The notes: generated from the sequence alone by a model not told the origin. A stretch of 64,000 nucleotides of DNA from an uncultured virus (IMG/VR IMGVR_UViG_3300013497_000039) (IMGVR_UViG_3300013497_000039:1-64000); one strand, 5' to 3'. Counted from the stretch's first letter, positions 1 to 8,809 are shown. Program-made: numbers and translations.

Positions 1-21
1 ATAGATGTATTTTATTACAAC

Positions 22-66
22 AAAAAGAATGTTGGAAGTGTGCTTTTCAAGCACACCCCAACATTC
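22..66 (-). terminator. Intrinsic terminator just beyond the left att site (likely the native terminator of the host target gene)
   Basis: Inverted repeat GAATGTTGG-AA-GTGTGCTT/AAGCACAC-C-CCAACATTC followed by a T run on the minus strand. Confidence 0.7.
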
Positions 67-89
67 AGTATAGAACCGGATTTTTTTAG

Positions 90-101
90 TTATTCAAACT
101 C
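90..101. repeat. att core, left copy (TTATTCAAACTC)
   Basis: Identical to 14271-14282; the minus strand reads GAG TTT GAA TAA (EFE*). Confidence 0.8.
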
Positions 102-202
102 ACGTCTTTATACTTTGATATATGATGAAAACACTGTTTTACAGGGTATTTTATGAAGTGTTATCGAAAGTATGTTCGTTTTGCAATGTATGAACAATTT
201 TG

Positions 203-222
203 TAGTTCCATTTTAGTTCCAT
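203..222 (+). repeat. Integrase arm-type sites TAGTTCCAT x2 (11-bp period)
   Basis: tagttccattttagttccat, matching tagttccattctagttccat at 14192-14211. Confidence 0.75.
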
Positions 223-234
223 CACAAAACAATA

Positions 235-930
235 TTATTTAACTTCATATATAGTAGGATCCCCGTCTCCCCAGGTTTCTAAAAATTGTAAAATCTTTTT
301 ATTCTCCGAAAATATGATAGTACTTCCATTATTCTCAATCTTTGCTATGGCGCATAATTTGAAATTAAGACCATCAAAATCCGGAACTCCGAAAAATCTT
401 ACCGTGTGTGGTGATTCTCCCCACTTTTTGTCTATTAAACTTTTAATTTCCTCAACAGCTATATCTATATCCTCTGATTCAAAAACACCGTAACCAAGTG
501 CCAAATTTGATCCAAATGGAGAAACTTCTTTTAAGCGCCCTTTCATCTCATCAACTGATAAAGTTAGTCCGAAATAATCTATAATTCCAAGTTCAGAATA
601 ATATCTAATTCCAAGCTTATGTAAACCCTTATCCTTGTTCATTTGCTTTAGTAACCCTTCTTTCTTCTCCAGTCTTCTTTCAACTACATTAAACACTTCT
701 TTCTTTTTTTCGTCCAAATTCAGTTTTTCAAAGCCTGTTGTATCCATTACTGTATCTACATACCAATCAATTAAAAGCGGAGAGCATTCCTTGCATACCC
801 CTAAGTGATGTTCATCTCCCGCCCACATTCCTCCGTGTGTTATTTGCTCCCCACAAAAATAACATTGAGACATTTCTTTTTGATATTTTTCGGGAATGCT
901 AGAACCTAAAGTTTTACTTAACCTTGCCAT
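235..930 (-). CDS. Hypothetical protein with N-terminal CxxC...CxxC zinc finger
   Basis: ORF; CYFC and CKEC motifs; RBS GGGGAG before ATG 930. Confidence 0.65.
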   Translation of the reverse strand: MARLSKTLGSSIPEKYQKEMSQCYFCGEQITHGGMWAGDEHHLGVCKECSPLLIDWYVDTVMDTTGFEKLNLDEKKKEVFNVVERRLEKKEGLLKQMNKDKGLHKLGIRYYSELGIIDYFGLTLSVDEMKGRLKEVSPFGSNLALGYGVFESEDIDIAVEEIKSLIDKKWGESPHTVRFFGVPDFDGLNFKLCAIAKIENNGSTIIFSENKKILQFLETWGDGDPTIYEVK

Positions 931-940
931 GTTTCTCCCC

Positions 941-1135
941 CTATCCTTTTTCTCCAGTTCCTCCACACTCTGGGCAATCAACAATTGTAAATCCCGCTTC
1001 TTTCAAAGCCCTCTCCCTACATTCTCCCATTGTTAAAGTCCCAGGAGCATCCAATCTATCAAATTCTTTTTCAAAAACCTTCTTGTCGTTTGGTTCTTTA
1101 AACTTTCCTGTTCCATTACACCATCCACACTTCAT
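941..1135 (-). CDS. Small DnaJ-type zinc-ribbon protein (CxxCxGxG x2)
   Basis: CGWCNGTG and CPECGGTG; RBS AAGGAGG. Confidence 0.7.
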   Translation of the reverse strand: MKCGWCNGTGKFKEPNDKKVFEKEFDRLDAPGTLTMGECRERALKEAGFTIVDCPECGGTGEKG

Positions 1136-1340
1136 TGTTTTTCCCTCCTTTTTCTTTCATCATACACCAAAAAACTTCAAAAGAAAACACCCATCTTTCG
1201 ACAGGTGCACTATTTTCTACTATCATACTTATCCTAGTAGACATTAAAAACAAATACTCATTTTTGTTATATAAAAGGAAGAGCTTGGAAAGTCGGATAC
1301 TCGCCTATTTATTAGCGTTTAATTTAGATTGAAAGATATG

Positions 1341-1994
1341 TTACTCACTCTCCAAGCTGTTAATAATTATCTTATTTTTGGATACTCCATGGTTATTATA
1401 AGTGCATCTATCACGTTCGACATCTTCAATTACATAATTAACATAAGTTCTTATTGCTACTGAATGAACCATTCTTCTAAATAAAAACAAAAGATAGGCA
1501 AGGGTAAAAAAACAGAACACACCAACACCATTTTTTATAATCTTGTAAATGCTTTCTGTGATTTCAAAATTTAGAAAATCACACATTATATTTGCAAATG
1601 ATATTAATATTTTTTCGAAATTATTATATAGAAGTGTAAACAGAGTAAGCATTACCGCAAGAAAAGGTGTAAATATTTTATCAGTGGCGTTATTAATTTT
1701 GATTGTACGTATAAAAAATTTATCTTCTGCATCTAATTCTTTACATAATTCTGAAAAATATGTATATAGCCCTTTATACCTATTTTTCTTATCGCGGTAT
1801 AATTTTTCTATTTGCGAATAACTGGTATTACTGACTCTTACAAAAAATGAGCCATACATATTAAATTCTACCATAACCAAAAAAAGCACTGCAATATATA
1901 ACAGTCCTATCATATTGACACGTAATAATAAAAAAGTAAGAATAACGTCTATTATAATGCTAATAAAAATAAATAATTTTTCATTTCTCCTCAT
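1341..1994 (-). CDS. Low-GC multi-pass membrane protein (cargo)
   Basis: 217 aa ORF with about four hydrophobic segments; RBS AAGGAG. Confidence 0.65.
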   Translation of the reverse strand: MRRNEKLFIFISIIIDVILTFLLLRVNMIGLLYIAVLFLVMVEFNMYGSFFVRVSNTSYSQIEKLYRDKKNRYKGLYTYFSELCKELDAEDKFFIRTIKINNATDKIFTPFLAVMLTLFTLLYNNFEKILISFANIMCDFLNFEITESIYKIIKNGVGVFCFFTLAYLLFLFRRMVHSVAIRTYVNYVIEDVERDRCTYNNHGVSKNKIIINSLESE

Positions 1995-2087
1995 TTGTAA
2001 CTCATCTCCTTTACATATTTTCTTAAGTATAAATCAAAACTCGAAAAAATAAAACCCCAATCTTTCAATAGCATAATCCGGCTGTGA

Positions 2088-2370
2088 TCGGTACAAAATA
2101 CCGACCCTTGCTCACCATAACAATCCTTAAAAGGGTTCCTACGCTCGTCCTAATGACAAACGGTAGGGGTACCATTCTGTGCTCCCCCCATTCAACACTA
2201 ATGTTGAATACCAGAGTTCTACATCATGTTGACCCCTGCAAACTGAGGGGGACAATCTGTCCGCAACCCTCCATCAAATTGAAACCTCATTATTGGGCGT
2301 TCTACACATTGTTCGAACGGGGTATAAACTGAGCACCCGCTAGCAGTATGCAAAGAGTAATTTTCCTCTT
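2088..2370. repeat. Non-coding array of about 12 abutting, non-identical short palindromes
   Basis: e.g. TCGGTA-caaaa-TACCGA, ATTCAACA-ctaa-TGTTGAAT, CCCCT-n8-AGGGG, GGACA-atc-TGTCC, CGTTC-n12-GAACG, AAGAG-n8-CTCTT. Confidence 0.7.
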
Positions 2371-2374
2371 ACCT

Positions 2375-3343
2375 CTACATCATAGCCGACTTTTCAGCTC
2401 TCCTTTCCTGTTGAGACCGTCGCAACTCCTCAAGCCACCGTTTATGCTCTTCCATCCGTTCTGCCAGTTCTTCCCTTGCTATAACCGCCCTCTCCGTAGA
2501 ACTGGTCCATGTCCTATTAAACCGCTCCGCACCATTCCCAACAAGACCCATGCTATAGATACGTTCCTCTTCTGGCAGAAATGGTCTTAATTGCTTTGAT
2601 CTCTTAGGCTTCCGCAGCTCTCTCATAGCTTTGGCTTCATGCTGCCTGATAGCTTCCAGACTAACACCTTGCTCTCTCCCAATCTCTGCCATGGTCATGT
2701 TCTCCTGGTACCGCTTGCGGATTACTTCCGACTGTCTATCCGGTAAACTGTCCACACATTCCCATAGCACCGCCTTGAGCTGTTCATGCTGCAACCGATC
2801 AAGTGTATTACATTCCATATCCTCACCAGAAGGAACGCCATCACCCAAGGTAAGACCTTCGTCCTCATATCCCTTTACAGGAGCGTCCAGGCTTCCCGGA
2901 TTTGCCACACAAGCGTTTCTATAGATATCTCTAACCTGATCTATACTTAAGCCCATTTGGACTGCTGTCTCCGCTTCTGACGGTTCCCGGCCATGCTCTT
3001 TCATGAAAGAATCATAGAACCGTTTATACTGCCGTAAACGTGCCTGACTTTGGAAGGAAAGGCGCAAGGAAGAGGAGTTTCGTTCTATGTACCTGACAAT
3101 GCGCTGCTTGATCCAGTATTCCGCATAGGTGAGGAACTTACAACCGGCTTCTGGATCATAGCCGTCTATGGCATCGTACAAGGCAAGATACCCTTCCTGA
3201 TCCAAGTCCTCCACATCTTCATAGCTCCGGTGCTTCCAGGCTATTGTATGAATGAATGCTTTTACCTGATTGTACAGGGTAAGCATATTTTCTGCCGTAT
3301 CTATCCCGGCTTTAATCCTGATTACAAGTTCCTCGTTGGTCAT
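2375..3343 (-). CDS. Sigma-70 family RNA polymerase sigma factor
   Basis: Region 2 (EDLDQEGYLAL...FLTYAEYWIKQRI), region 3 (GREPS...SLD), region 4 HTH (TMAEIG...VSLEAIRQHEAKAMRELR). Confidence 0.9.
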   Translation of the reverse strand: MTNEELVIRIKAGIDTAENMLTLYNQVKAFIHTIAWKHRSYEDVEDLDQEGYLALYDAIDGYDPEAGCKFLTYAEYWIKQRIVRYIERNSSSLRLSFQSQARLRQYKRFYDSFMKEHGREPSEAETAVQMGLSIDQVRDIYRNACVANPGSLDAPVKGYEDEGLTLGDGVPSGEDMECNTLDRLQHEQLKAVLWECVDSLPDRQSEVIRKRYQENMTMAEIGREQGVSLEAIRQHEAKAMRELRKPKRSKQLRPFLPEEERIYSMGLVGNGAERFNRTWTSSTERAVIAREELAERMEEHKRWLEELRRSQQERRAEKSAMM

Positions 3344-3357
3344 GTCCCGATCTCCCC

Positions 3358-3567
3358 CTATCTGGTCTGGCTTAGAATCCGCTCTAATTCATCAATCTTT
3401 TTCTGCTGATCATCTGTTCTAATTGCAGACAGTATTGCATTACAGGCTAATATAATAGTATTGGCCGTCTTATTATCCATTTCACCGTTCACCACCATAT
3501 TGGCCACCCTGGAAAGCGTCCGGCGTACTTCCGTAGCTGTCCTGGTCTTAAGTGTTACCCGTGCCAT
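3358..3567 (-). CDS. Small helical protein, possibly TerS-like oligomerisation domain
   Basis: 69 aa ORF, RBS GAGGTG, C-terminal coiled coil; function is inferred. Confidence 0.55.
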   Translation of the reverse strand: MARVTLKTRTATEVRRTLSRVANMVVNGEMDNKTANTIILACNAILSAIRTDDQQKKIDELERILSQTR

Positions 3568-3578
3568 CTAATCACCTC

Positions 3579-3797
3579 TCATTCTGTTAATCCTCCCTCA
3601 CCGGAAGCGTGCACTATTGCATACATGAACTGATCCCATTCCGGGGTTTTCATTTCCGGCGCCTGATAATTGTCTCCGGCCAGAAGCTCCAAAAGCTCCA
3701 TACAGGGCTTACCCAAGTATGGGTTGTTTTCTTCCAGGCGTTGTGTAATGCTAAGCCTGGGAAGCGCCTTCATAAGTAACCGATCTATCTTATCCAT
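3579..3797 (-). CDS. Hypothetical protein
   Basis: 72 aa ORF with RBS GGAGG, in operon. Confidence 0.6.
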   Translation of the reverse strand: MDKIDRLLMKALPRLSITQRLEENNPYLGKPCMELLELLAGDNYQAPEMKTPEWDQFMYAIVHASGEGGLTE

Positions 3798-3861
3798 GAT
3801 TCTACCTCCGATTTATCAAAATGCCCCAGGCAATCACAAAGGAAAGTCCAGGGCACCTTTC

Positions 3862-4071
3862 TTATTCATTTGATGTAACGTTTTTATCCGCAGCGGAATC
3901 CTGCAGCATAGACCCAGAACGATTGATTTTTCTAAGGTGGTCATACCCATCTGAATCAGGTGCCAACGCATCCCTTAACGCACCGCCGTGTCTTATTCCC
4001 ACATATACACCGTTTATAGTTCTTTCCCCTGTTTCTGGATTCGTATAGTCTTTATAGTTCATATTCATCAC
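3862..4071 (-). CDS. Hypothetical protein
   Basis: 69 aa ORF overlapping the upstream stop, in operon. Confidence 0.55.
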   Translation of the reverse strand: MMNMNYKDYTNPETGERTINGVYVGIRHGGALRDALAPDSDGYDHLRKINRSGSMLQDSAADKNVTSNE

Positions 4072-4628
4072 TCCTTCATGATCTCCAATGTAATCAGCAA
4101 GCGCATGGTATCAGCCTGTTCAATGTCCCGGTTAAACTCCTGGGAAAGATGCTTCATGAGCTCGTCCATGGCTGATACATTGTGGTCGATCTTGTCAATG
4201 CCGAATATCTCCATCACACCCTTGATATTCCCTTTTACAAATACTTTCCGCAGCAAGTTCATGGTATAGTAGTCCTGCCGGAACGGTTCTACCAACTCGG
4301 TAAGTTCTTCAAGGGTCATAGAATCCCCAATAGTCTTAAGGAGCTGCAGGACATTGCTCAACTTCATGTCAAAAGCCTGATCCCTGGTTCCCACCGTCTT
4401 ACCCTTTAACTGCTCATTCTTTGCGTCCTCTGTAATCTTCTTAGCCTTGGAGATAAGTTCTTCCTGGATCGCCTTGCAAGCCTGTTTCTCCTGGGCAATC
4501 AGATTACGCTTAAAATCATCAGAATACCGCTCATCCTTCATAATGGACGCTGTTTTACCCTTCGTGGCTTCACGTAACGCATTAAACTCTTTTATAATCT
4601 TTCTAATCTCTTCTACAAACTTAACCAT
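4068..4628 (-). CDS. Alpha-helical protein, paralog of 4648-5265
   Basis: Shared motifs D-x-x-F/Y-x-x-x-LSNV and DY-x-x-x-x-L; RBS GAGG before ATG 4628. Confidence 0.7.
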   Translation of the reverse strand: MVKFVEEIRKIIKEFNALREATKGKTASIMKDERYSDDFKRNLIAQEKQACKAIQEELISKAKKITEDAKNEQLKGKTVGTRDQAFDMKLSNVLQLLKTIGDSMTLEELTELVEPFRQDYYTMNLLRKVFVKGNIKGVMEIFGIDKIDHNVSAMDELMKHLSQEFNRDIEQADTMRLLITLEIMKE

Positions 4629-4647
4629 ATTATTTTCCTCTCCTTCT

Positions 4648-5265
4648 CTAAGCAATCAATTCCAGGTTATCCCCCAGGCGATCCGTTACGAACTGTACAA
4701 AGCTGTCCATGGACATAGAAACACTGGCCAATCCTTGATTGAAAGTGTAAATGTTCATAGTCTGATCCACATTGTCCCGGAGCTGCCCCAGAAGCCGCCT
4801 GTTATACTCCCGGTTATCTACAGGGATCAGTAGAGCGCAATCCTTCAAGGCTATGTTTTCACTCTTAACCAGAACCATCTTAATGAGAGACTGGGCACTA
4901 TAATCTCCCATGTATGTATCAATGATATTCTGTACGTCCTCTTTTTCGGTTACGGCTCCCATTTCCAACATCTTTACCACATTGGAAAGCCCGGCCTGAT
5001 ATCCTGCATCAAATAGTTTCCCGGTGCTGCCCTTCTTCCATTTCTCTGCCAGTCCTTCAAGGCCCTGATCTATGGCTGCTATGGCCTTATCATGATAGAG
5101 CTGAACTGTAGGAGCGAATCCATCAAGAAGCTGCTTAATGGCCTGTTCCCTGCCGATCTCTGTATAGGCTACATTCTTACGGACTCCTTCCACCTGGGCT
5201 TGCACCGTTTCATACCGACTCTTAAATTCCTTAAAAAGATTGATTAATTCTGTTTTCTTACTCAT
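4648..5265 (-). CDS. Alpha-helical protein, paralog of 4068-4628
   Basis: 205 aa ORF; see paralog motifs. Confidence 0.7.
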   Translation of the reverse strand: MSKKTELINLFKEFKSRYETVQAQVEGVRKNVAYTEIGREQAIKQLLDGFAPTVQLYHDKAIAAIDQGLEGLAEKWKKGSTGKLFDAGYQAGLSNVVKMLEMGAVTEKEDVQNIIDTYMGDYSAQSLIKMVLVKSENIALKDCALLIPVDNREYNRRLLGQLRDNVDQTMNIYTFNQGLASVSMSMDSFVQFVTDRLGDNLELIA

Positions 5266-5282
5266 TGCATATCCTTCCTTTC

Positions 5283-5483
5283 CTACTGGATCACTACATT
5301 AATTGCCTTGGGGCCTTTCTTCGTCTGCTCCACATCATAGCTGATCCTCTGGCCAGTTTCTAAAGTCTTATATCCATCAACCAAAATATTGGAATAATGT
5401 ACGAACACATTCTTTCCATCTGAGCCGGCAATGAAGCCGTAACCCTTCTTCTGGTCAAACCATTCTACTTTTCCGGTAAACAT
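5283..5483 (-). CDS. csp: Cold-shock domain protein (CspA family)
   Basis: GKVEWFDQKKGYGFI (RNP1) and VFVHYS (RNP2), 66 aa. Confidence 0.92.
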   Translation of the reverse strand: MFTGKVEWFDQKKGYGFIAGSDGKNVFVHYSNILVDGYKTLETGQRISYDVEQTKKGPKAINVVIQ

Positions 5484-5514
5484 TCCTTCCACTCCTTCCT
5501 CTCTAAATATTGCA

Positions 5515-5662
5515 AACAAAAAAAGACGCAGGAACAACGAACCATCAATTTGATGAATCGCTATTCCCACGCCTTATTATGGCTTCCAGGTTATGACCTG
5601 GGGTACTCGTCAATATTTTGTTTACTTATAGATATTATACCAGATGGGGAGGGGGTATGCAA
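5515..5662 (-). promoter_or_regulatory. Sigma-A promoter followed by a ~110-nt structured leader that ends in an intrinsic terminator before csp
   Basis: TTGCAT(5662-5657)-N17-TATAAT(5639-5634); hairpin CCAGGT/ACCTGG; long stem GGCGTGGGAATAGCGA/TCGTTGTTCCTGCGTC plus T8. Confidence 0.65.
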
Positions 5663-5763
5663 GAGGAAAGCCTGATTCTATGGGGATTACAAGTGTTTTT
5701 AATATTCATTTTCACAAGCAATGCCACCCCTTAAAAACTAAAAACCATTATTAAAGGTTACTT

Positions 5764-6831
5764 TTATTTATTTGATTCCTCTGAATCAAGGGGGCCATAA
5801 AACCATAAATTTGTTCCCGGGGCATATCCCCAATATGAATCTTTATAGTCAGCAAAGTTACTGCCAGACTCAAGTATCAAAGGTTCTCCACCATTCCAGT
5901 TATCATCTTTTATTAATTTCCCATTTACTAATTGAAACATAAAGTAGGCATAATGGGTATTAAAAGAAGAACCAATTGTTCCATCATTCGCACCTATTTC
6001 ATAACATAAGTCAACTCCTCCTAATAATGGATTTTCTACGACATAAACATTCCCGTTATGAGATAATCCATATATTCTTTCAACAATATTATCATATGGA
6101 TTTTTAAAATCATAGACATCATAATATAAACTATATCCTTTTGCATCTATTTTGGCTTCTTCCTTACTAAATACTTCTGGTTGTGGTGAAACAAGTTTCC
6201 ATTCTCCATCTTTTTTAGTTAGCAATACGTGGGCACGCGTAATTCTTGAGGCATAATTTGTTTGAAGGCTTAAAAAAATATCACTATTACCATCTGAATC
6301 AATATCTCTTACATCAACACCAGTGTAGTAGAGAATATTATCATCCGGATAATCTTCTTCAATAAATTTTATGAATGATACATCATAAGCTGGGGCAGAA
6401 CCAATAATTTGATTAAGTAAGCTCTCATTTTCTCTCTCGAATAAAGCAATAACTCTTCCCCTGTTTCCAGCCGTGGTATACTTGCTATAAGTAACTAAAA
6501 CACTGGAATCTGATAATGATTCATACGAACCACTGTAAGGAATAACAATTTTCATGTCATTAAGCGAAATTTCCTTTATACTAGCACATATTTTACTTTT
6601 CAAATATTTCTCTAACTCAGCTCCACTCTTATTTCCGGGCGAATATTGGCGCATACAAAATAAAATGGTTATAGTCATAACTGAAACGATTGCACCTTTT
6701 ATAAATTCTGCTAACCACTTAGTATTTCTTAACTCTTCTTTATCTTCTTTTAAAACTTCTGCAGATGTTAAACGAAGTTTTATTAGTTTTATATAATTTT
6801 TCATTTGTACCTCCAAAGGCACATTTATCAT
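5764..6831 (-). CDS. Membrane-anchored extracytoplasmic protein (low-GC cargo)
   Basis: Single TM helix near the N-terminus; DIDSDGNSDI Ca-binding-like loop. Confidence 0.65.
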   Translation of the reverse strand: MINVPLEVQMKNYIKLIKLRLTSAEVLKEDKEELRNTKWLAEFIKGAIVSVMTITILFCMRQYSPGNKSGAELEKYLKSKICASIKEISLNDMKIVIPYSGSYESLSDSSVLVTYSKYTTAGNRGRVIALFERENESLLNQIIGSAPAYDVSFIKFIEEDYPDDNILYYTGVDVRDIDSDGNSDIFLSLQTNYASRITRAHVLLTKKDGEWKLVSPQPEVFSKEEAKIDAKGYSLYYDVYDFKNPYDNIVERIYGLSHNGNVYVVENPLLGGVDLCYEIGANDGTIGSSFNTHYAYFMFQLVNGKLIKDDNWNGGEPLILESGSNFADYKDSYWGYAPGTNLWFYGPLDSEESNK

Positions 6832-6881
6832 ACACCAAAATTATCCAAAAGAAAAGCACCCAGTTTCCCAGGTGCTCCCTT

Positions 6882-7025
6882 TCACTCCTTTACTTCAATA
6901 TATGCCTTTTTAAACTGTCCTTCCTGATTCCTGGCAACCTTCAGACTCTTAACCTCTGGCCGGAGCCTGTCCAATATCCGCTTAAGCTCCTCAGGCCGTT
7001 CATAGGATACTTTAATCTTTACCAT
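6882..7025 (-). CDS. Small hypothetical protein
   Basis: RBS GAGGTG before MVKIKVSYE; terminator-like hairpin at ~6851-6885. Confidence 0.55.
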   Translation of the reverse strand: MVKIKVSYERPEELKRILDRLRPEVKSLKVARNQEGQFKKAYIEVKE

Positions 7026-7163
7026 GATAATCACCTCACCAAATAGCCGAAAGCTGCCGCCAGAAGGCAATTAATAACCATGGAGCAAATGGCAAGCCTG
7101 TATAAGAAAACGTTCATGCGTTCCTCTCTTTCTGTTGCGATATCGCAACTTCTGTTCCCGGCC

Positions 7164-7511
7164 TTACAGTTTTCCCGGCTGAATAACAAACCGGTGGATC
7201 GTATCCGGATCAATCTTTTTGTAATATCGGTCCGGCCCTTCTCCGGCTGCTTCCGCTTCCTGATTTAGCCGCTTGGCTGCCTTAAGCACCTTATCCCTTG
7301 ACACGCCCAGGGCTTCCGCTGTTTCTGCTACGGTGAATACTTCCCTGGTACCCGTTGCGGCGCCTATCTCCAGCCTGATCCGGTTATATGCTGCCTGATA
7401 GGAGAAGCCTTTTTCTCTGCAACTATTGATTAAATCCTCTAACCATTCAAGAGGAATATCACAATACCCATAACTTGCTACAATATTATTGATAACGTCT
7501 TGTCTGGTCAT
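7164..7511 (-). CDS. HTH-containing hypothetical protein
   Basis: FTVAETAEALGVSRDKV HTH-like segment. Confidence 0.65.
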   Translation of the reverse strand: MTRQDVINNIVASYGYCDIPLEWLEDLINSCREKGFSYQAAYNRIRLEIGAATGTREVFTVAETAEALGVSRDKVLKAAKRLNQEAEAAGEGPDRYYKKIDPDTIHRFVIQPGKL

Positions 7512-7921
7512 GCGTTGCTCCTATCTTCTTCCTGATCCCGGAGAAGAAGCTCCGCAACGTCCCGATCACAGTTGTGCTTGTCCATGTAGTCATAGAGTTT
7601 AAGTTCCTGGGTCACATCTGAATTCTGTTTAAATCTCTCTGACTTCTTCTTTCTGTCTCTTTCCGCCCGTTTCCCCCGCATTACCCCGTAACGGAAAGCT
7701 ACGCAAATAGCAACTGTAATACCATACCTTTTATTCTCAATCGCAGATAACACCTCACGATCATCATCATTTATCTTATTGTATAATGCCTTTTTTATCT
7801 CCTTCTGAATGACGGCTGCCTTAAACTGCTCTCTTACCTCCTGCAACTCCTTTGCGGCATTATTATTACTTTCTATCATGCGGCTGTACTGCTCAACCGG
7901 AACTAAGATCATTTTCTGCAT
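7508..7921 (-). CDS. Hypothetical protein
   Basis: ORF with AFRYGVMRGKRAER motif typical of small phage/PICI proteins. Confidence 0.6.
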   Translation of the reverse strand: MQKMILVPVEQYSRMIESNNNAAKELQEVREQFKAAVIQKEIKKALYNKINDDDREVLSAIENKRYGITVAICVAFRYGVMRGKRAERDRKKKSERFKQNSDVTQELKLYDYMDKHNCDRDVAELLLRDQEEDRSNA

Positions 7922-7922
7922 A

Positions 7923-8114
7923 TTACTTTCCCTTCCGCATTTCTGCCTGTGCTGCTTTCATGCCCTGCATATATCCCAGGCGAAAAAGAGCATTTCCGAA
8001 TCTTAAGCTATCAGAGTAATGGTGATGAAGTTCTGTAATCTGACTTACTGAAATCGAAAAGCGGCTAGGTACTTCCACACCTTCTGCTTTTTCTATTGCA
8101 TTTTTAGTAATCAT
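7923..8114 (-). CDS. Hypothetical protein
   Basis: LFRLGYMQGMKA motif, coupled ORF. Confidence 0.6.
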   Translation of the reverse strand: MITKNAIEKAEGVEVPSRFSISVSQITELHHHYSDSLRFGNALFRLGYMQGMKAAQAEMRKGK

Positions 8115-8335
8115 GATATTTTCTTCTCCTTCCCATTATCAGAATTTCTATGCTTCTCGATGATTTCAAATACCACTTGAAAGAATTTTAATAAGTAAGG
8201 AACATTGGTTTCAATAACGCCATTCATTATATCTTCTTTGTATTCCTGGTACCCTTCGTCAGACATTTTCAGACATTCACAAATAATCTCATTCACTGAC
8301 GGGGTGACCTCTTTAATGAATTGCTCATATTTCAT
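8111..8335 (-). CDS. Hypothetical protein
   Basis: 74 aa ORF, RBS AGGAGG. Confidence 0.6.
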   Translation of the reverse strand: MKYEQFIKEVTPSVNEIICECLKMSDEGYQEYKEDIMNGVIETNVPYLLKFFQVVFEIIEKHRNSDNGKEKKIS

Positions 8336-8351
8336 TTTACAAAATCCTCCT

Positions 8352-8455
8352 TTGATTTCTCGCCGGAACCATGCTATTATGTAGGTGTTCGTTTAGCGGT
8401 TTCGGCTGCTATGGCCCTGCGGAAGCGCCAACTTCCTGTGGGGCTGTTTTTATTT
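8352..8455 (+). ncRNA. Putative small antisense RNA with its own promoter and terminator
   Basis: TTGATT-N17-TATTAT with extended TG (8352-8380), then hairpin GCCCTGCGGAAG-cgccaa-CTTCCTGTGGGGC plus T run. Confidence 0.5.
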
Positions 8456-8639
8456 AGTGGCTCTGACTGATAACCCCTATATGAACCTTAATTCCTTCCA
8501 GGGTATAAATTTTCAGCATTTCTATTGCCTGATCCCTGGTATATCCTGCTTGCATTGCAATGGATACTAATTCCGTCTGATACTTAAGCCAGTTCCGGAA
8601 AGCGTCTGCCGGATCAAGTCGATTGTTCATATAAGCCAT
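8454..8639 (-). CDS. Hypothetical protein
   Basis: 61 aa ORF. Confidence 0.45.
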   Translation of the reverse strand: MAYMNNRLDPADAFRNWLKYQTELVSIAMQAGYTRDQAIEMLKIYTLEGIKVHIGVISQSH

Positions 8640-8809
8640 ATTATTTTTTTTTGCCTTTCTTCTTTGACTTTGAAGCTAAAAACATTTTAGTTCCCATATC
8701 AGCCTTGTACTTTTGGGTACTAATTTCTCCTGGCTCCCGAATAGTACGAAAACCATTTTCACTGCCTGTCTTACTCTGATTCTTCATGTTTTCTTTTCCT
8801 TTCTTTTAC

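Noticed and set aside
2084..2332. 82-aa plus-strand ORF over palindrome array 1
   Set aside because: No RBS, GTG start, implausible composition; better explained by the palindromes
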